Counted from the stretch's first letter, positions 53,386 through 63,864 are shown. The stretch: DNA of 64,000 nucleotides from Clostridia bacterium (GCA_017621655.1 JAGASS010000025.1:11157-75156); one strand, 5' to 3'. Translations and numbers: made by a program. The notes: a model not told the origin generated them from the letters alone.

Positions 53386-54606
53386 TCACAGACGATACGT
53401 TCCCGGCAGATCGCAACATTTGCGCGTATCGAACACGATCTTGCCCTGAAGCTTGTCCATATTCTCCTTGAGGTGATTATGGTTAACCATAATTACAACA
53501 AGGTCTGTGTCCTCAAGGAACTTTTCGAAATCGTGATACTGATTCGGGACGATGTCCTTTTCAAAGAAAGGATCGTACGACTTTATTGGAGGCGCCAAAT
53601 GTCTTTCCTGGCTTTCGAGAAGCTGAATAGTCGGCGATTCACGGGGGTCGTCAACGTTTTCCTTATAGGAAAGTCCGTAAAGACCGACTCTTGAGATATC
53701 GGTGATTCCGTTTTCCTTCATTATCTCGTATATACGGTTGAGAACGAAATCAGGCATACCGTCATTCGTCTTCATCGACTCATCAATGACCTTCGCGAGA
53801 CTCGGATAGTCACCAACCAAAAACCAAGGGTCAACCGATATGCAATGTCCGCCAACGCCGGGTCCGGGCTGAAGAATATTTACTCTCGGGTGCATATTGC
53901 ATATCTTTATGATCTCGTAAACATCCATATTATCATGACGGCAGATCTTCGCGAGTTCGTTTGCAAATGCGATATTTACCGCGCGGAAGGTGTTTTCAAC
54001 AACCTTTGTCATCTCCGCCGTTCTGATGTCGGTAACAACGATCTCACCCTCGCAGAAGGAAGCGTAAAGTGCCTTGATCTTCTCGCCGACTGCCTTGTCG
54101 TCTGCACCAATGGTGCGGTTATTGTGAAGAAGCTCATACACCATATTTCCGGGAATAATGCGCTCCGGCGCGTGAACGAGGTTGATGTCTTTACCAATAA
54201 CAAAGCCGTTCTCCTCAATAACAGGACGAACGTACTTGTCAATAGTTCCGGGGGATACCGTAGATTCAATTACAACGGTCGCGCCCTTAGGGCAAACGCC
54301 CATGATAGTTTTAACGGCAGATACGACGTAACAAGCATCAACCTTTTTGCTGAACTTATCGTAAGGGGTCGGCACCGATACGATATAGGTGTCCGTCACC
54401 TGATATTCAGTTGTAAATTTGATACCCGACTTTACCGCCGCATCAAACAGCTCGTCAAGACCGTCCTCCTTAAAGGTTGTCTTTCCTGCGTTCAGCGTTG
54501 CAACAAGCTCCTTGTTGTAATCAGTTCCAACAACCTCTACTCCGTGCGACGCCATCATCAGCGCTGTCGGAAGACCTATATATCCAAGTCCTATTACGTT
54601 AATCAT
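53386..54606 (-). CDS. wecC: UDP-N-acetyl-D-mannosamine dehydrogenase
   Basis: MINVIGLGYIGLPTALMMASHG is an NAD fold with a UDPG/MGDP dehydrogenase layout. It pairs with wecB. Confidence 0.9.
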   Translation of the reverse strand: MINVIGLGYIGLPTALMMASHGVEVVGTDYNKELVATLNAGKTTFKEDGLDELFDAAVKSGIKFTTEYQVTDTYIVSVPTPYDKFSKKVDACYVVSAVKTIMGVCPKGATVVIESTVSPGTIDKYVRPVIEENGFVIGKDINLVHAPERIIPGNMVYELLHNNRTIGADDKAVGEKIKALYASFCEGEIVVTDIRTAEMTKVVENTFRAVNIAFANELAKICRHDNMDVYEIIKICNMHPRVNILQPGPGVGGHCISVDPWFLVGDYPSLAKVIDESMKTNDGMPDFVLNRIYEIMKENGITDISRVGLYGLSYKENVDDPRESPTIQLLESQERHLAPPIKSYDPFFEKDIVPNQYHDFEKFLEDTDLVVIMVNHNHLKENMDKLQGKIVFDTRKCCDLPGTYRL

Positions 54607-54731
54607 TCTATATTCCTCACAATTGTTATTTCGATTTCAAACGGCGTTTAGTCAATTCGTTCCGAATTAAAAGAATCAACCAACGCCTCAACGCCATCAT
54701 GCTATTTGATGGCAAACGCTATTTTGTTAAC

Positions 54732-55856
54732 TTAAAATCGTTTAACAAATTCCACCCAGCTTTTTGCCCATACGTCTTGCGAAAAGCTATGTTCAACAGT
54801 CTCTCGCGCTTTAGAAGCAAGGCGTTTTGACTTGTCCGGATTTTCAATTAAGCTGCACATAGCGTCATATAACTGTTGTTCATTGCCCGCATCCACTATA
54901 AGGCCGTTGTATCCGTTCAAAACAATATTTGTCATTCCGCCAACGTTCGTGCATATCACTGCGCAATTTGACGCCATTGCCTCAAGCAGAGACAGAGATG
55001 TACCTTCCGAACCAACGGTGGGAATGACCGCAATGTGCTTGTCCGCATGTATTTTCAAGCTATCTTCGCTTGCATACTTGGTAAACAATACATTGTTGTA
55101 TGCACGCAGCTTTTCTTTCATCCACGTTTCGTCCGGACCGCTTCCCGCAATCGTTATATGTATATTTGAGTATTTGTCCAATAGCATTTTAGCTACATTA
55201 GCAAACACTTTAGTCCCTCTGTATTCATATAGTCTTCTTGCAAAAATAATGCTTGTTATGCCATCGCTTTTGTTGCACTCAAGAGACAGGGCGGTATAGT
55301 TGGGTATCACGCTGATTTCGTTTTCCACAACATCCACCTGCGTCCTATACCAATTAAGAAAATTATAGTCTACGCAAATAAGACCATCTACTTTTTTTAT
55401 TCTGTTTATTAATGATTCAGAATGATGTACCCTGGCGACAATTCTTTTAAGATTCCAGCGTTTTTTCTTCTTCGGAATATCCCAAAAAATTCCATGTTGT
55501 ATAGCAACACTTTTCGTTAGTACTTTGCGTGGTATCATTATATCCGTAGCAAAAATTGTTAACGTCTCATCAACGTTCTTTGCTGTGCGGATAGAACGAT
55601 TGTAGATTTCCTGGTATCTCTTCTTGGGACTTTTTTTGTTCACGCAAAATCCAATTACTTGGCTATTATCCGACAGATCACAAACAAAATCCGCTTTTGA
55701 AAACTGAATAACTCGAACGACCAAACCGGCGTTTTCAAACACCTTAACAAGATCGGTTATATATGTCTGCACACCACCTATGGTCCTATTCATGTTTTCA
55801 TCTAAATACCCATGATATATTATATCCACATACTTAACCACGGTTTTGTCCTCCAA
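54732..55856 (-). CDS. glycosyltransferase, GT4 (group 1)
   Basis: C-terminal EGTSLSLLEAMASNCAVICTNVGG motif (EX7E region). Confidence 0.8.
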   Translation of the reverse strand: MEDKTVVKYVDIIYHGYLDENMNRTIGGVQTYITDLVKVFENAGLVVRVIQFSKADFVCDLSDNSQVIGFCVNKKSPKKRYQEIYNRSIRTAKNVDETLTIFATDIMIPRKVLTKSVAIQHGIFWDIPKKKKRWNLKRIVARVHHSESLINRIKKVDGLICVDYNFLNWYRTQVDVVENEISVIPNYTALSLECNKSDGITSIIFARRLYEYRGTKVFANVAKMLLDKYSNIHITIAGSGPDETWMKEKLRAYNNVLFTKYASEDSLKIHADKHIAVIPTVGSEGTSLSLLEAMASNCAVICTNVGGMTNIVLNGYNGLIVDAGNEQQLYDAMCSLIENPDKSKRLASKARETVEHSFSQDVWAKSWVEFVKRF

Positions 55857-55966
55857 CTCTGTTGTTGATTCGCGTGAGCAAAACAGCTCAAAACATTCAC
55901 CACGGCGCTTTCTCAGCGCCCCACTTGACTTCGTTTTTCGCCACTTGAATCACCTTGCTTTGTTTT

Positions 55967-57025
55967 TCATTTATTTAAAACAAATTTAATCGCATCCAAA
56001 AATCCGTTCGCCATATGATCAACGGTTCTGTTTTCATCGTAGTGCTTCTTAGCGTTTTCACCCATAGAAATATAACGTTCGGGGGTTTGAGCGCACTCCT
56101 TAATGACGTTCGTTATCTCATCAAATGAGTCGAGTAAAATGCCGCTTACGCCATTTTCGATATTCAATCTTTCTCCGCCCGTGATTGCGTCCTTGTGGGT
56201 AACAAAAGGAACGCCATATCCGAAAGACTTGAGAACCGAAAGCCCCGCTTGATCGGGCGAAATGCATACGATAGCGCGCGAAAAGTATTCCGAAAGCAAC
56301 TTTTCATCATATATTGCTCCGGGCAACAGGATCTGATTTTCAAGTCCCTTTTCCGCAACCCATTTTCTAGCCGGCTCTGCGTCATCGCCATCGCCGATAA
56401 TAACCATTTGAGGCAAGTCTTCGCATTCAGAATATGCCTTTTGATAACACTCCAGCAATTCGAATATTTTTTTTGCTCTATACAACGAACCGACAAACAA
56501 AATCGTGTTTCGCTCGCATTCCGTGATAGGCAACACTCTTACTGTATTATTCGCCACAAAAAGCTTTTCTGCATGAACTCCCATTTTTGAATACTTTTCA
56601 ACGGGATACGATGAATAGAAGAGCGCCGCATCTGCACGATCAATAATGTGTTTTAATTTTTCAGCCGTTTTGGGAATCGAATCAAATCTCGTATTGTATC
56701 CCGCAGCAACTCCTATGCCCCAGAATATTACTTTGGTTTTTCCTCTTAATCCGCACAACAAATGAGTGGAAAGATATGAGCGATTAAGCATCATAATCGT
56801 AACATCGAATTTTCTCGATAAACGGACAATGCTTTTTTTGTGGACCGTAAGCTTTTTCAAAACTGTGAACACTTCGATCTTTTTAGTTTCAAACTCCGCG
56901 TCCGACGGCACGTCACCCTTATCATAAACAACAGTCAGATCGACGTGTTTAGCCAACGCATTAAATATTGGAACTCTATAATGAGGAATTACGGACTGTA
57001 TTATAAGAACCTTCTTTTTTTGCAT
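55967..57025 (-). CDS. glycosyltransferase, GT4 (group 1)
   Basis: GT-B layout with GLSVLKSFGYGVPFVTHKDAITGGE in the C-terminal half. Confidence 0.8.
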   Translation of the reverse strand: MQKKKVLIIQSVIPHYRVPIFNALAKHVDLTVVYDKGDVPSDAEFETKKIEVFTVLKKLTVHKKSIVRLSRKFDVTIMMLNRSYLSTHLLCGLRGKTKVIFWGIGVAAGYNTRFDSIPKTAEKLKHIIDRADAALFYSSYPVEKYSKMGVHAEKLFVANNTVRVLPITECERNTILFVGSLYRAKKIFELLECYQKAYSECEDLPQMVIIGDGDDAEPARKWVAEKGLENQILLPGAIYDEKLLSEYFSRAIVCISPDQAGLSVLKSFGYGVPFVTHKDAITGGERLNIENGVSGILLDSFDEITNVIKECAQTPERYISMGENAKKHYDENRTVDHMANGFLDAIKFVLNK

Positions 57026-57028
57026 TTT

Positions 57029-58252
57029 TCACTTCCCCTTGCAAATTGAATCGAACAAATCAACATATCTGTTGAAGCATTTTGTGTTGTCGAAATCTTT
57101 CGATCTTTGCAAACAAGCATTTTGGGGAAAAACATCGTCTTGCGTTATACGGATTATTTCGCGCTCCATAGCATCAACATCGTTACATTCAACAACAAAT
57201 CCGGTCATGCGGTCCGGTATTTCCGGACTTCCACCGGTATTAAAAGTGAGAACGGGCGTGCCACAAGAAATTGATTCCATATTCACGGTGGGATAATTCT
57301 CTTCTCGCGTCGGGTTCACAAGAAGATCCGCCGCAGAATACGTTTCCGCCAGTTCAATTTGATCTGCGGTACGATGAATCGAAACAATATTGCTCGGCAA
57401 TTGAGCATCAGTATTTTCATCTGTTCCAACAAGGACAATTTGGTATAGAGCGGGGTCAAGACGCTTTGAAAGTTCGACAAAAACATCAAGCCCCTTTCTG
57501 TATCCCCAGCCAAACGCAACTCCAAGCAAAATATATTTAGCTTTTATATTATGCTTTTTTCTAAACTCAGTATCGCGCGGTTTAAACACCGACAAATCTA
57601 TTCCATTGTTAATTACCAAAACATCACGATCTTTAAAAAAAGATTCTTTTGCCAAATCCGCCAACCATTCAGACGGTGTAACAATCGTTAAGTCAGGAAT
57701 ATCAGAAAACCATTTTTTCTTTTTGCGATACATCGTCTTCGACGTATCAAAATACATTTTTGGATATACTTTCGGTTGCGGACACTTTTTGCATTCAGTT
57801 TTCCACTTTTCGCAACCGCTTATCGTGAAATACGGACAATGGCCCGTAAATGCCCAACAGTCATGAAGCGTCCAAACGACCTTGACACCGGATTTCTTTA
57901 TATATTTGAACAGTACCGGCAAATTCACGCAGAAGGCGTGCAAATTGTGTAAATGTATGATATCGGGAGAAAACTTTTTCAGGCGCTTCACGAGTTGGCG
58001 AGTACCAAACCACGACAACATACCGTTTGCTCCAAACAATGATCCGGCACAACGATGAATCAATTGCTCAAAACGGCTTCCCCACCAAAAATGATCGGGA
58101 ATGTTTTCGGGTTTATTCTTTTTGCCATTGGTAAAAAGAATCGGCGAGTATGTTTGCACAGTGTATCCTGCAGCTCGCGCGGTTTCGGCAATTTGAAGCA
58201 TGATCTTTCCTGTGCTTCCCGATGTTACCATGTTTATCTCTGCGATTTTCAT
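57029..58252 (-). CDS. glycosyltransferase, GT4 (group 1)
   Basis: N-terminal MKIAEINMVTSGSTGKIM and C-terminal REENYPTVNMESISCGTPVLTFNTGGSPE. Confidence 0.8.
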   Translation of the reverse strand: MKIAEINMVTSGSTGKIMLQIAETARAAGYTVQTYSPILFTNGKKNKPENIPDHFWWGSRFEQLIHRCAGSLFGANGMLSWFGTRQLVKRLKKFSPDIIHLHNLHAFCVNLPVLFKYIKKSGVKVVWTLHDCWAFTGHCPYFTISGCEKWKTECKKCPQPKVYPKMYFDTSKTMYRKKKKWFSDIPDLTIVTPSEWLADLAKESFFKDRDVLVINNGIDLSVFKPRDTEFRKKHNIKAKYILLGVAFGWGYRKGLDVFVELSKRLDPALYQIVLVGTDENTDAQLPSNIVSIHRTADQIELAETYSAADLLVNPTREENYPTVNMESISCGTPVLTFNTGGSPEIPDRMTGFVVECNDVDAMEREIIRITQDDVFPQNACLQRSKDFDNTKCFNRYVDLFDSICKGK

Positions 58253-58329
58253 TTTTATCCTTAGAAATAAGATATTTTACGAAATATAATTGTACCGCAT
58301 TAAAATGCGAGCAAACACTGCCGCATCGT

Positions 58330-59565
58330 TCAAAACTCTCGTTCTCTTCTCAGTTTAGCCGAACCGTATAGAATTACAATGATAACCCAAAACTCTTTTA
58401 GAGTCCAAAAGCTTCCTGAGAACATCAACTGAATAAATCCGCAGGGAACCAAGCACCAGAGCACTCGAGTAATCGCTGCATCACGTTTTGAAAATAGACT
58501 CTTAAAAAGATTATATATCAAAACAATGATGATAATCGGACCAATGAACAAACCAAAGTCGCAAATCAGTTCAAGGAACAGATTATGAAGGTAGGTTGCT
58601 CCTCCCGCGCGGCCAAAGGCATAAGTAATATATCGGTCGCCGAACGCTCCGTATCCGAAGGGATTGTGTTTTATTGCCTCCACAAACATACTTGAAAGCT
58701 CGGATCTACTCCTGTCTTCAAGCAGCGATCCTTCTATAAGTCTTTCAAGGAAGCGAGACTCAATACCGATGCTATCCAGAAGGGCATCTATCCCAAACAC
58801 AATGTTGTCATAAAACAACAGCGTAATTATCAATACTACTATCGATATTCCAAGCACCGTAATTCTTGTGCCGTTATTTGTTGTGGGATTAAAGAACACG
58901 ACTCTCAATACGATGTATATCAGGAATGCCAGAACGGCGCCTCGCGCTCCGCACATAAACATTGAGATGAATCCCAAAATGCCGCAGATTAAATAACGCT
59001 TCTTTTTTTCAAGAAAAAATCCCTCAAAACAAACACATATAGACGTAAGTATCGCATAAGAGAAAACCATGTATTGCAGCGTCTCACCCGCGACGAAAAC
59101 GCATTGCCACAAGGTGATCACTCCAAGGATAACGGTGAGCACCGACCACTTCAGCATACCGGCAAACAGTTTTCCGTAATCTTGGATAGAGCTTGCAATA
59201 AACATCATCGGGATGCAAAAGAACGTAGTTACGTTTATCGGGTTATATATCAGGTCGATCGGATCGCCGTATATATCCGGACGTATCTCGGGATAGATAA
59301 TATATGATACCAGCATCAGCACCAACAATAAACCGGAAAATAACAGAAGCTTATTGTTGTTGATACAATTTCGCAGAAATCCCCAAAGACTCAAGATCAG
59401 CATAAAAACATATACTGTTTCGGTAAGTCCCGTAGTATTCATACCCATGCCCAGCTGCAGAATACTGTTAATGAAATTATTAATGCTTGGCAAAAAGATC
59501 AACGCACAAAGCGCAAAAATCTCAAACGTATTTCTTTCATCTTTTCTGTGAAGATATATACGCAT
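58330..59565 (-). CDS. wzy: Wzy-type polymerase / O-antigen ligase-like membrane protein
   Basis: About 10-11 TM helices with one larger loop. It is AT-rich and lies in a Wzx-containing locus. Confidence 0.7.
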   Translation of the reverse strand: MRIYLHRKDERNTFEIFALCALIFLPSINNFINSILQLGMGMNTTGLTETVYVFMLILSLWGFLRNCINNNKLLLFSGLLLVLMLVSYIIYPEIRPDIYGDPIDLIYNPINVTTFFCIPMMFIASSIQDYGKLFAGMLKWSVLTVILGVITLWQCVFVAGETLQYMVFSYAILTSICVCFEGFFLEKKKRYLICGILGFISMFMCGARGAVLAFLIYIVLRVVFFNPTTNNGTRITVLGISIVVLIITLLFYDNIVFGIDALLDSIGIESRFLERLIEGSLLEDRSRSELSSMFVEAIKHNPFGYGAFGDRYITYAFGRAGGATYLHNLFLELICDFGLFIGPIIIIVLIYNLFKSLFSKRDAAITRVLWCLVPCGFIQLMFSGSFWTLKEFWVIIVILYGSAKLRREREF

Positions 59566-59655
59566 CGTAACATCCCCCTGTGGATTCTCAATACAAGAAG
59601 CTGTGTTTTACGCAAATGGATCTGCCATAAACAAAGCTTTTATTTTTCTTCGTAA

Positions 59656-60933
59656 TCATTCTTCGCAAATCACAGCTTTTATAGTTTCAAGCGCGCATTT
59701 GCTTCCATGATTCTTTATTGACAAAGCCCTAGCGTTGTCAACGATCTCACTATATCGTTTCGTATCATTTATAATTACCTTCAAGCGATCGCTCAAGTTG
59801 TGATCGTCGAAAATACAAAACGCAGCTTGGTTATCTGCCAGATATTTGATCGACGCAATCTCCTCGGGGCCATACGCGATAAGGCACGTGCCGCTTGCCA
59901 AGGAATCTGCGATTTTTGTCGACACAGAATACGCAACCGCCTTGCGTGATTCTCCATCAAAAGATTCTGTATGTATCAAAAACATGCTCTCGGCCATTAC
60001 GTTTTTGACTTCATCAGAAGAAATCTCGCCGTGGAAGTTGATTCCGTTTTCCGGCTTAAGATCCCTTAAAATTTCGGGGCGTTTTTCAGAAGAATAGACA
60101 TCAATACACGCACATGGAACTTCGCTTTCAATGCTTCTCAGCGCTCTGCCCAAGGAAATGAGCTGCTTATGTCTGTTGTACCCAACGTTACCTATATACG
60201 AAATTGCCCCTGTTTTCTTTTCGCAGGAAAGCGGTCCTTCAAACGACGCGGCGGTGTGCAACGTATGACACGGGACGCCAAACATCTTGAAATAATCCTC
60301 TTTCATTTTCTCGCATATAGTAAACATTCCCGCGCTTGCGGAAACGGTTTTCTTTACCTGCTTCATGAAAGCTTTATGAGTCAATCTGCCGCCAAATCTC
60401 GACTCATTTTTATTGTTTATATAGTAATCGTCCATGCAACATACGTAAAGCGGTATGTTTTTCATCTTTGCGATCTTACGCGCAACGATGTACATAAACG
60501 CATAATCTCCCGATGCAAAAAACACGGCATCGGGGTTAAACTCGTCGATCCATTTACGAAGCTTTTTGGTGTTCCACCTACCAAGTCGCCAAATTAGGTT
60601 GCGCGCAAAATATATAAAAGGTGTTCTTTTTCTTGCTTTTTGGTATATGGCTGCCGAAAGCCCCTCGTCAGTTCTTGAGGAAACTCTGTCTTTTTGAATA
60701 TCGCTTTTTCCGAAACGGGATCCACTGCGACGAGTGAATACCGATTTTACCATTTCCTTGTCCGTTACTCGATAGTAGTTCACGCAACAGCTATCGTCCG
60801 TTGGAACCTCTGAATGAATATAAAACTGTGCAACATTATCAGTTCCCCATTGTTCGAAATATGAAAGAAGTGTTTTTCCCATACTTGAAGTCTTGCAAAA
60901 CACGTTGTGACTTACCACAAGAACCTTTTTCAT
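59656..60933 (-). CDS. uncharacterised protein, possibly a GT-B-fold glycosyltransferase
   Basis: 425-aa ORF starting MKKVLVVSHNVF.., with length and context like a glycosyltransferase. No diagnostic motif recognised. Confidence 0.55.
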   Translation of the reverse strand: MKKVLVVSHNVFCKTSSMGKTLLSYFEQWGTDNVAQFYIHSEVPTDDSCCVNYYRVTDKEMVKSVFTRRSGSRFGKSDIQKDRVSSRTDEGLSAAIYQKARKRTPFIYFARNLIWRLGRWNTKKLRKWIDEFNPDAVFFASGDYAFMYIVARKIAKMKNIPLYVCCMDDYYINNKNESRFGGRLTHKAFMKQVKKTVSASAGMFTICEKMKEDYFKMFGVPCHTLHTAASFEGPLSCEKKTGAISYIGNVGYNRHKQLISLGRALRSIESEVPCACIDVYSSEKRPEILRDLKPENGINFHGEISSDEVKNVMAESMFLIHTESFDGESRKAVAYSVSTKIADSLASGTCLIAYGPEEIASIKYLADNQAAFCIFDDHNLSDRLKVIINDTKRYSEIVDNARALSIKNHGSKCALETIKAVICEE

Positions 60934-60999
60934 ATTATCTCCTTAAAAACGCAAATGTGCCTTCGCCATTTAGCAATGAAAATCGGCCGAGTCGATTAA

Positions 61000-61398
61000 T
61001 TATTGCCTGTTTTTTAAATTATGCTTTATTTGGGTAGTACTGATTTCGGGAGTTCTCGGAAGATATACAACTTCCGCGCCCTCTTCCTTCAAAAAATCAA
61101 ATTTTCCCTTCCAATCATCGCCCATAACGAACGTGTCTATGTGATATTCATGTATATCCGTACGCTTCTGTTCCCAACAGGTTTCGGGAATCACCAAGTC
61201 AACGTAACGTATTGATTCAAGCAACGCCTTACGCTGCTCATAAGAAAAATAACACTTTTTCTGTTTTTCGTTCCAGTTAAATTCATCTGTCGACAGGACG
61301 ACAACAAGATAATCCCCTAATGCTTTTGCACGTTTAAGAAGATTAATGTGTCCATAATGCAACAAATCAAACGTTCCGTATGTAATAACTCTCTTCAC
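61000..61398 (-). CDS. tagD: glycerol-3-phosphate cytidylyltransferase (copy 2)
   Basis: GTG 61398 with AAGGAG upstream. The product [41 protein letters not shown]... is a paralog of 45723-46118. Confidence 0.88.
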   Translation of the reverse strand: MKRVITYGTFDLLHYGHINLLKRAKALGDYLVVVLSTDEFNWNEKQKKCYFSYEQRKALLESIRYVDLVIPETCWEQKRTDIHEYHIDTFVMGDDWKGKFDFLKEEGAEVVYLPRTPEISTTQIKHNLKNRQ

Positions 61399-61402
61399 CT
61401 GA

Positions 61403-62221
61403 TTACTCCTTATACGATTTGTTCGCGTCAAAATTCAAAAAGTCGTGATGGGTAACCTGTTTTTCCTTTGGCGGAAGCTGCATATAGTTGCCGTACATGA
61501 GCGTCAAATATTTATCTGCGTCATGAGGACCGTATAGCTTAAGTCCCTCAAAATCGTAAAGCACGGGCTCTCCGAATACGGATCTTTCCATAATTTCGCG
61601 TTCTCTCCACGCTCCATACATATTTCCTATATATACAGCGTCGTCAAAGCATTTTTCGCGGCACAATGCGTCTACCTTTTTATAAGCCCAACGCCAACCG
61701 CACACAAATTCCGGAATACATCTTCCGAGCACGATTGCAGCATTTTTATACAAAGCTCTCTTCGGATTAATTGCACATGTTTTCGTGCTTATGTAATTAT
61801 TATATCTTTCGATTTTTTTGAAGTGCTTAAGTGCTTCCTCTTTTGTGTTGCCCGCACCATCCAGCGGAAATATATCAATGTACGCACCGCGACGAGTCTT
61901 ATACCTAGTGTTTTCCGTCAATGTCGTTTCGGTATCGTAAAACTTGCTAAACGAATAAACAAAATCCTTGTTTTCAAGCGGCGTTTCCAATACATACTTT
62001 GAAGTGTTGCTTGCTTTCATAAGATCAATCAGTTTATCATAATCAGCCCTTGGGAGTCCGACGTCAACATCATCGTCCCACGGTATAAAACCCTGATGCC
62101 GTACAGCACCAAGACATGTGCCGCCCAAAACGTAATATCGAATGTTATTTTTACAGCAAAAATCATGGAAATAGCTCATTATCTCAACGAGCTTGCTTTG
62201 TAATTCAGTCATTAAAAACAC
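61403..62221 (-). CDS. licD: LicD-family phosphotransferase
   Basis: YYVLGGTCLGAVRHQGFIPWDDDVDVGLPRADY is the LicD signature. Confidence 0.85.
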   Translation of the reverse strand: MFLMTELQSKLVEIMSYFHDFCCKNNIRYYVLGGTCLGAVRHQGFIPWDDDVDVGLPRADYDKLIDLMKASNTSKYVLETPLENKDFVYSFSKFYDTETTLTENTRYKTRRGAYIDIFPLDGAGNTKEEALKHFKKIERYNNYISTKTCAINPKRALYKNAAIVLGRCIPEFVCGWRWAYKKVDALCREKCFDDAVYIGNMYGAWREREIMERSVFGEPVLYDFEGLKLYGPHDADKYLTLMYGNYMQLPPKEKQVTHHDFLNFDANKSYKE

Positions 62222-62314
62222 CCCTGATATATAACCGTTGCCTATCCGCTAAACAAATGTTTCGGTTTGGCATTATTGTTTCTCAAGAATCTCCGACGCG
62301 ATCACTGTGACCGT

Positions 62315-63151
62315 TTAACTTTGAGCATTTTCCCTCGCGAATTTTTTGAAGACCCAACCTCTTAGTTTGTTTGGCAACATTACCTGCACTATAAAACGCT
62401 TCGTCACGTTTACAAAATACGTACCGAATCCTATGATCTTTGAATCAAGCATGTATTTTTGCAACTTTGCTTCGCTGCGAAAATACTTTATGCCACCTCT
62501 GCGGTTATACATTTCCTTACCGACTCGAACGTTGACGAGAACCGTTCCGGTGTTTGCCATTTTACAATTATTCTGCGCCATTCGAAGCCACAGATAATAG
62601 TCCTCGTCGCAGTACCAATCTATATAGCCGCCGACGTCCTGTGCCGCCTTTTTCTTGAACATAACGGTTACCTGATTAAACGGGCACCGCTTTTTCATGT
62701 ATTCCTTTATTTCTTTGTCTTCTGTAGGCAGATTTCTGTACGCAACGATATTCTCCGCGCTGTCGACAAACTCCGAAATATTGCCTCCTACGATGTCTGC
62801 CTCTGTTTTTTCCATCAGGTCGAGCTGCTGCTCAAATCTATTCGGCAGGCAAATATCGTCTGCGTCCATTATCGCGACCAACTCGTTTGAACAGGCGTCA
62901 AGACTTGCTCGGCGAGCATTTCCGTGCCCACAGTTCTCTTTAAATCTTATGATCTTAAAGACCTCGGTCGACTCGTATTTTTTTATAACTTTATCAAGAT
63001 CCTCCGGCACCGGTCCATCGACCACCAGAACGACCTCTTGCGGCTTTACCGTTTGGTTCAAAACGCTTTCCACTGCAGTTTCGAACCAAATCGGATCATC
63101 CTTTCCGTATACACACATTGATACCGAAAAGCTCCGATTAGCCATCATCAC
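62315..63151 (-). CDS. family 2 glycosyltransferase
   Basis: FSVSMCVYGKDDPIWFETAVESVLNQTVKPQEVVLVVDGPV and a DADD motif. Confidence 0.85.
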   Translation of the reverse strand: MMMANRSFSVSMCVYGKDDPIWFETAVESVLNQTVKPQEVVLVVDGPVPEDLDKVIKKYESTEVFKIIRFKENCGHGNARRASLDACSNELVAIMDADDICLPNRFEQQLDLMEKTEADIVGGNISEFVDSAENIVAYRNLPTEDKEIKEYMKKRCPFNQVTVMFKKKAAQDVGGYIDWYCDEDYYLWLRMAQNNCKMANTGTVLVNVRVGKEMYNRRGGIKYFRSEAKLQKYMLDSKIIGFGTYFVNVTKRFIVQVMLPNKLRGWVFKKFARENAQS

Positions 63152-63843
63152 ACCCTCAACAGTTCCTTTGCTTCCTCTTGTTTAGCGTCAAAGACGTCCT
63201 CGGTCAGCTCTCCGTTTTGAAGAAGATAATCGCCGAGGTCCATCGCCGTCGCCATTCCTTCTTCACTTATGCCGTCTCTTTTGAACACCTTGCCGACCGT
63301 CATAAAGATTATCTTTACGTCTTTTATAAACGTTATTTTCTCTATGTACTCAAGATCGTATTCGAACTTCTTTTCCCACTTCATATTGTTTCGCCCGTTT
63401 ACTTGAGCAAGCCCTGTAAGTCCGGGGCGGACGGTATGACGTTCTCTCTGCTCTTCCGTCATAAAGACCATATCTCTGACGAGCTGAGGTCTCGGTCCGA
63501 CGATCGACATATCGCCCTTCAGTATATTGACAAGCTCGGGAAGCTCGTCGAGCGAGGTTGAACGCAAAAATTTTCCGTACTTATTAAGACGCTGCTCATC
63601 GGGAAGGAGATTTCCGTTTCCGTCCTTTTTATTGCTCATCGTTCGGAATTTCACGAGCTTGAAGATCTTTTCTTTTCCCGTCTTCTTGCCGATCCTTCCG
63701 GGACGCATCTGCGTAAAGAATGGGTTTCCTCTCATCGCAACAGAGCCAACGATTATCAATATAAGCAAAATCGGCGACAAAACTATCAATGCGATCAAAG
63801 ACAGCACGAAGTCCATCGCTCTTTTGAAAAATTTTGCATACAT
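63148..63843 (-). CDS. small monotopic undecaprenyl-phosphate sugar-phosphate transferase (PglC/WbaP C-terminal type)
   Basis: KRAMDFVLSLIALIVLSPILL...KFRTM...DELPELVNILKGDMSIVGPRP. Confidence 0.9.
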   Translation of the reverse strand: MYAKFFKRAMDFVLSLIALIVLSPILLILIIVGSVAMRGNPFFTQMRPGRIGKKTGKEKIFKLVKFRTMSNKKDGNGNLLPDEQRLNKYGKFLRSTSLDELPELVNILKGDMSIVGPRPQLVRDMVFMTEEQRERHTVRPGLTGLAQVNGRNNMKWEKKFEYDLEYIEKITFIKDVKIIFMTVGKVFKRDGISEEGMATAMDLGDYLLQNGELTEDVFDAKQEEAKELLRV

Positions 63844-63864
63844 AATATGTAAACCTCAAATTAC

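Noticed and set aside
45345-54651. Several 150-270-aa plus-strand ORFs in the polysaccharide locus (45345..46058, 46556..47143, 48562..49272, 51225..51851, 53845..54651).
   Set aside because: All are antisense to recognisable minus-strand biosynthesis genes that are tightly packed and translationally coupled.
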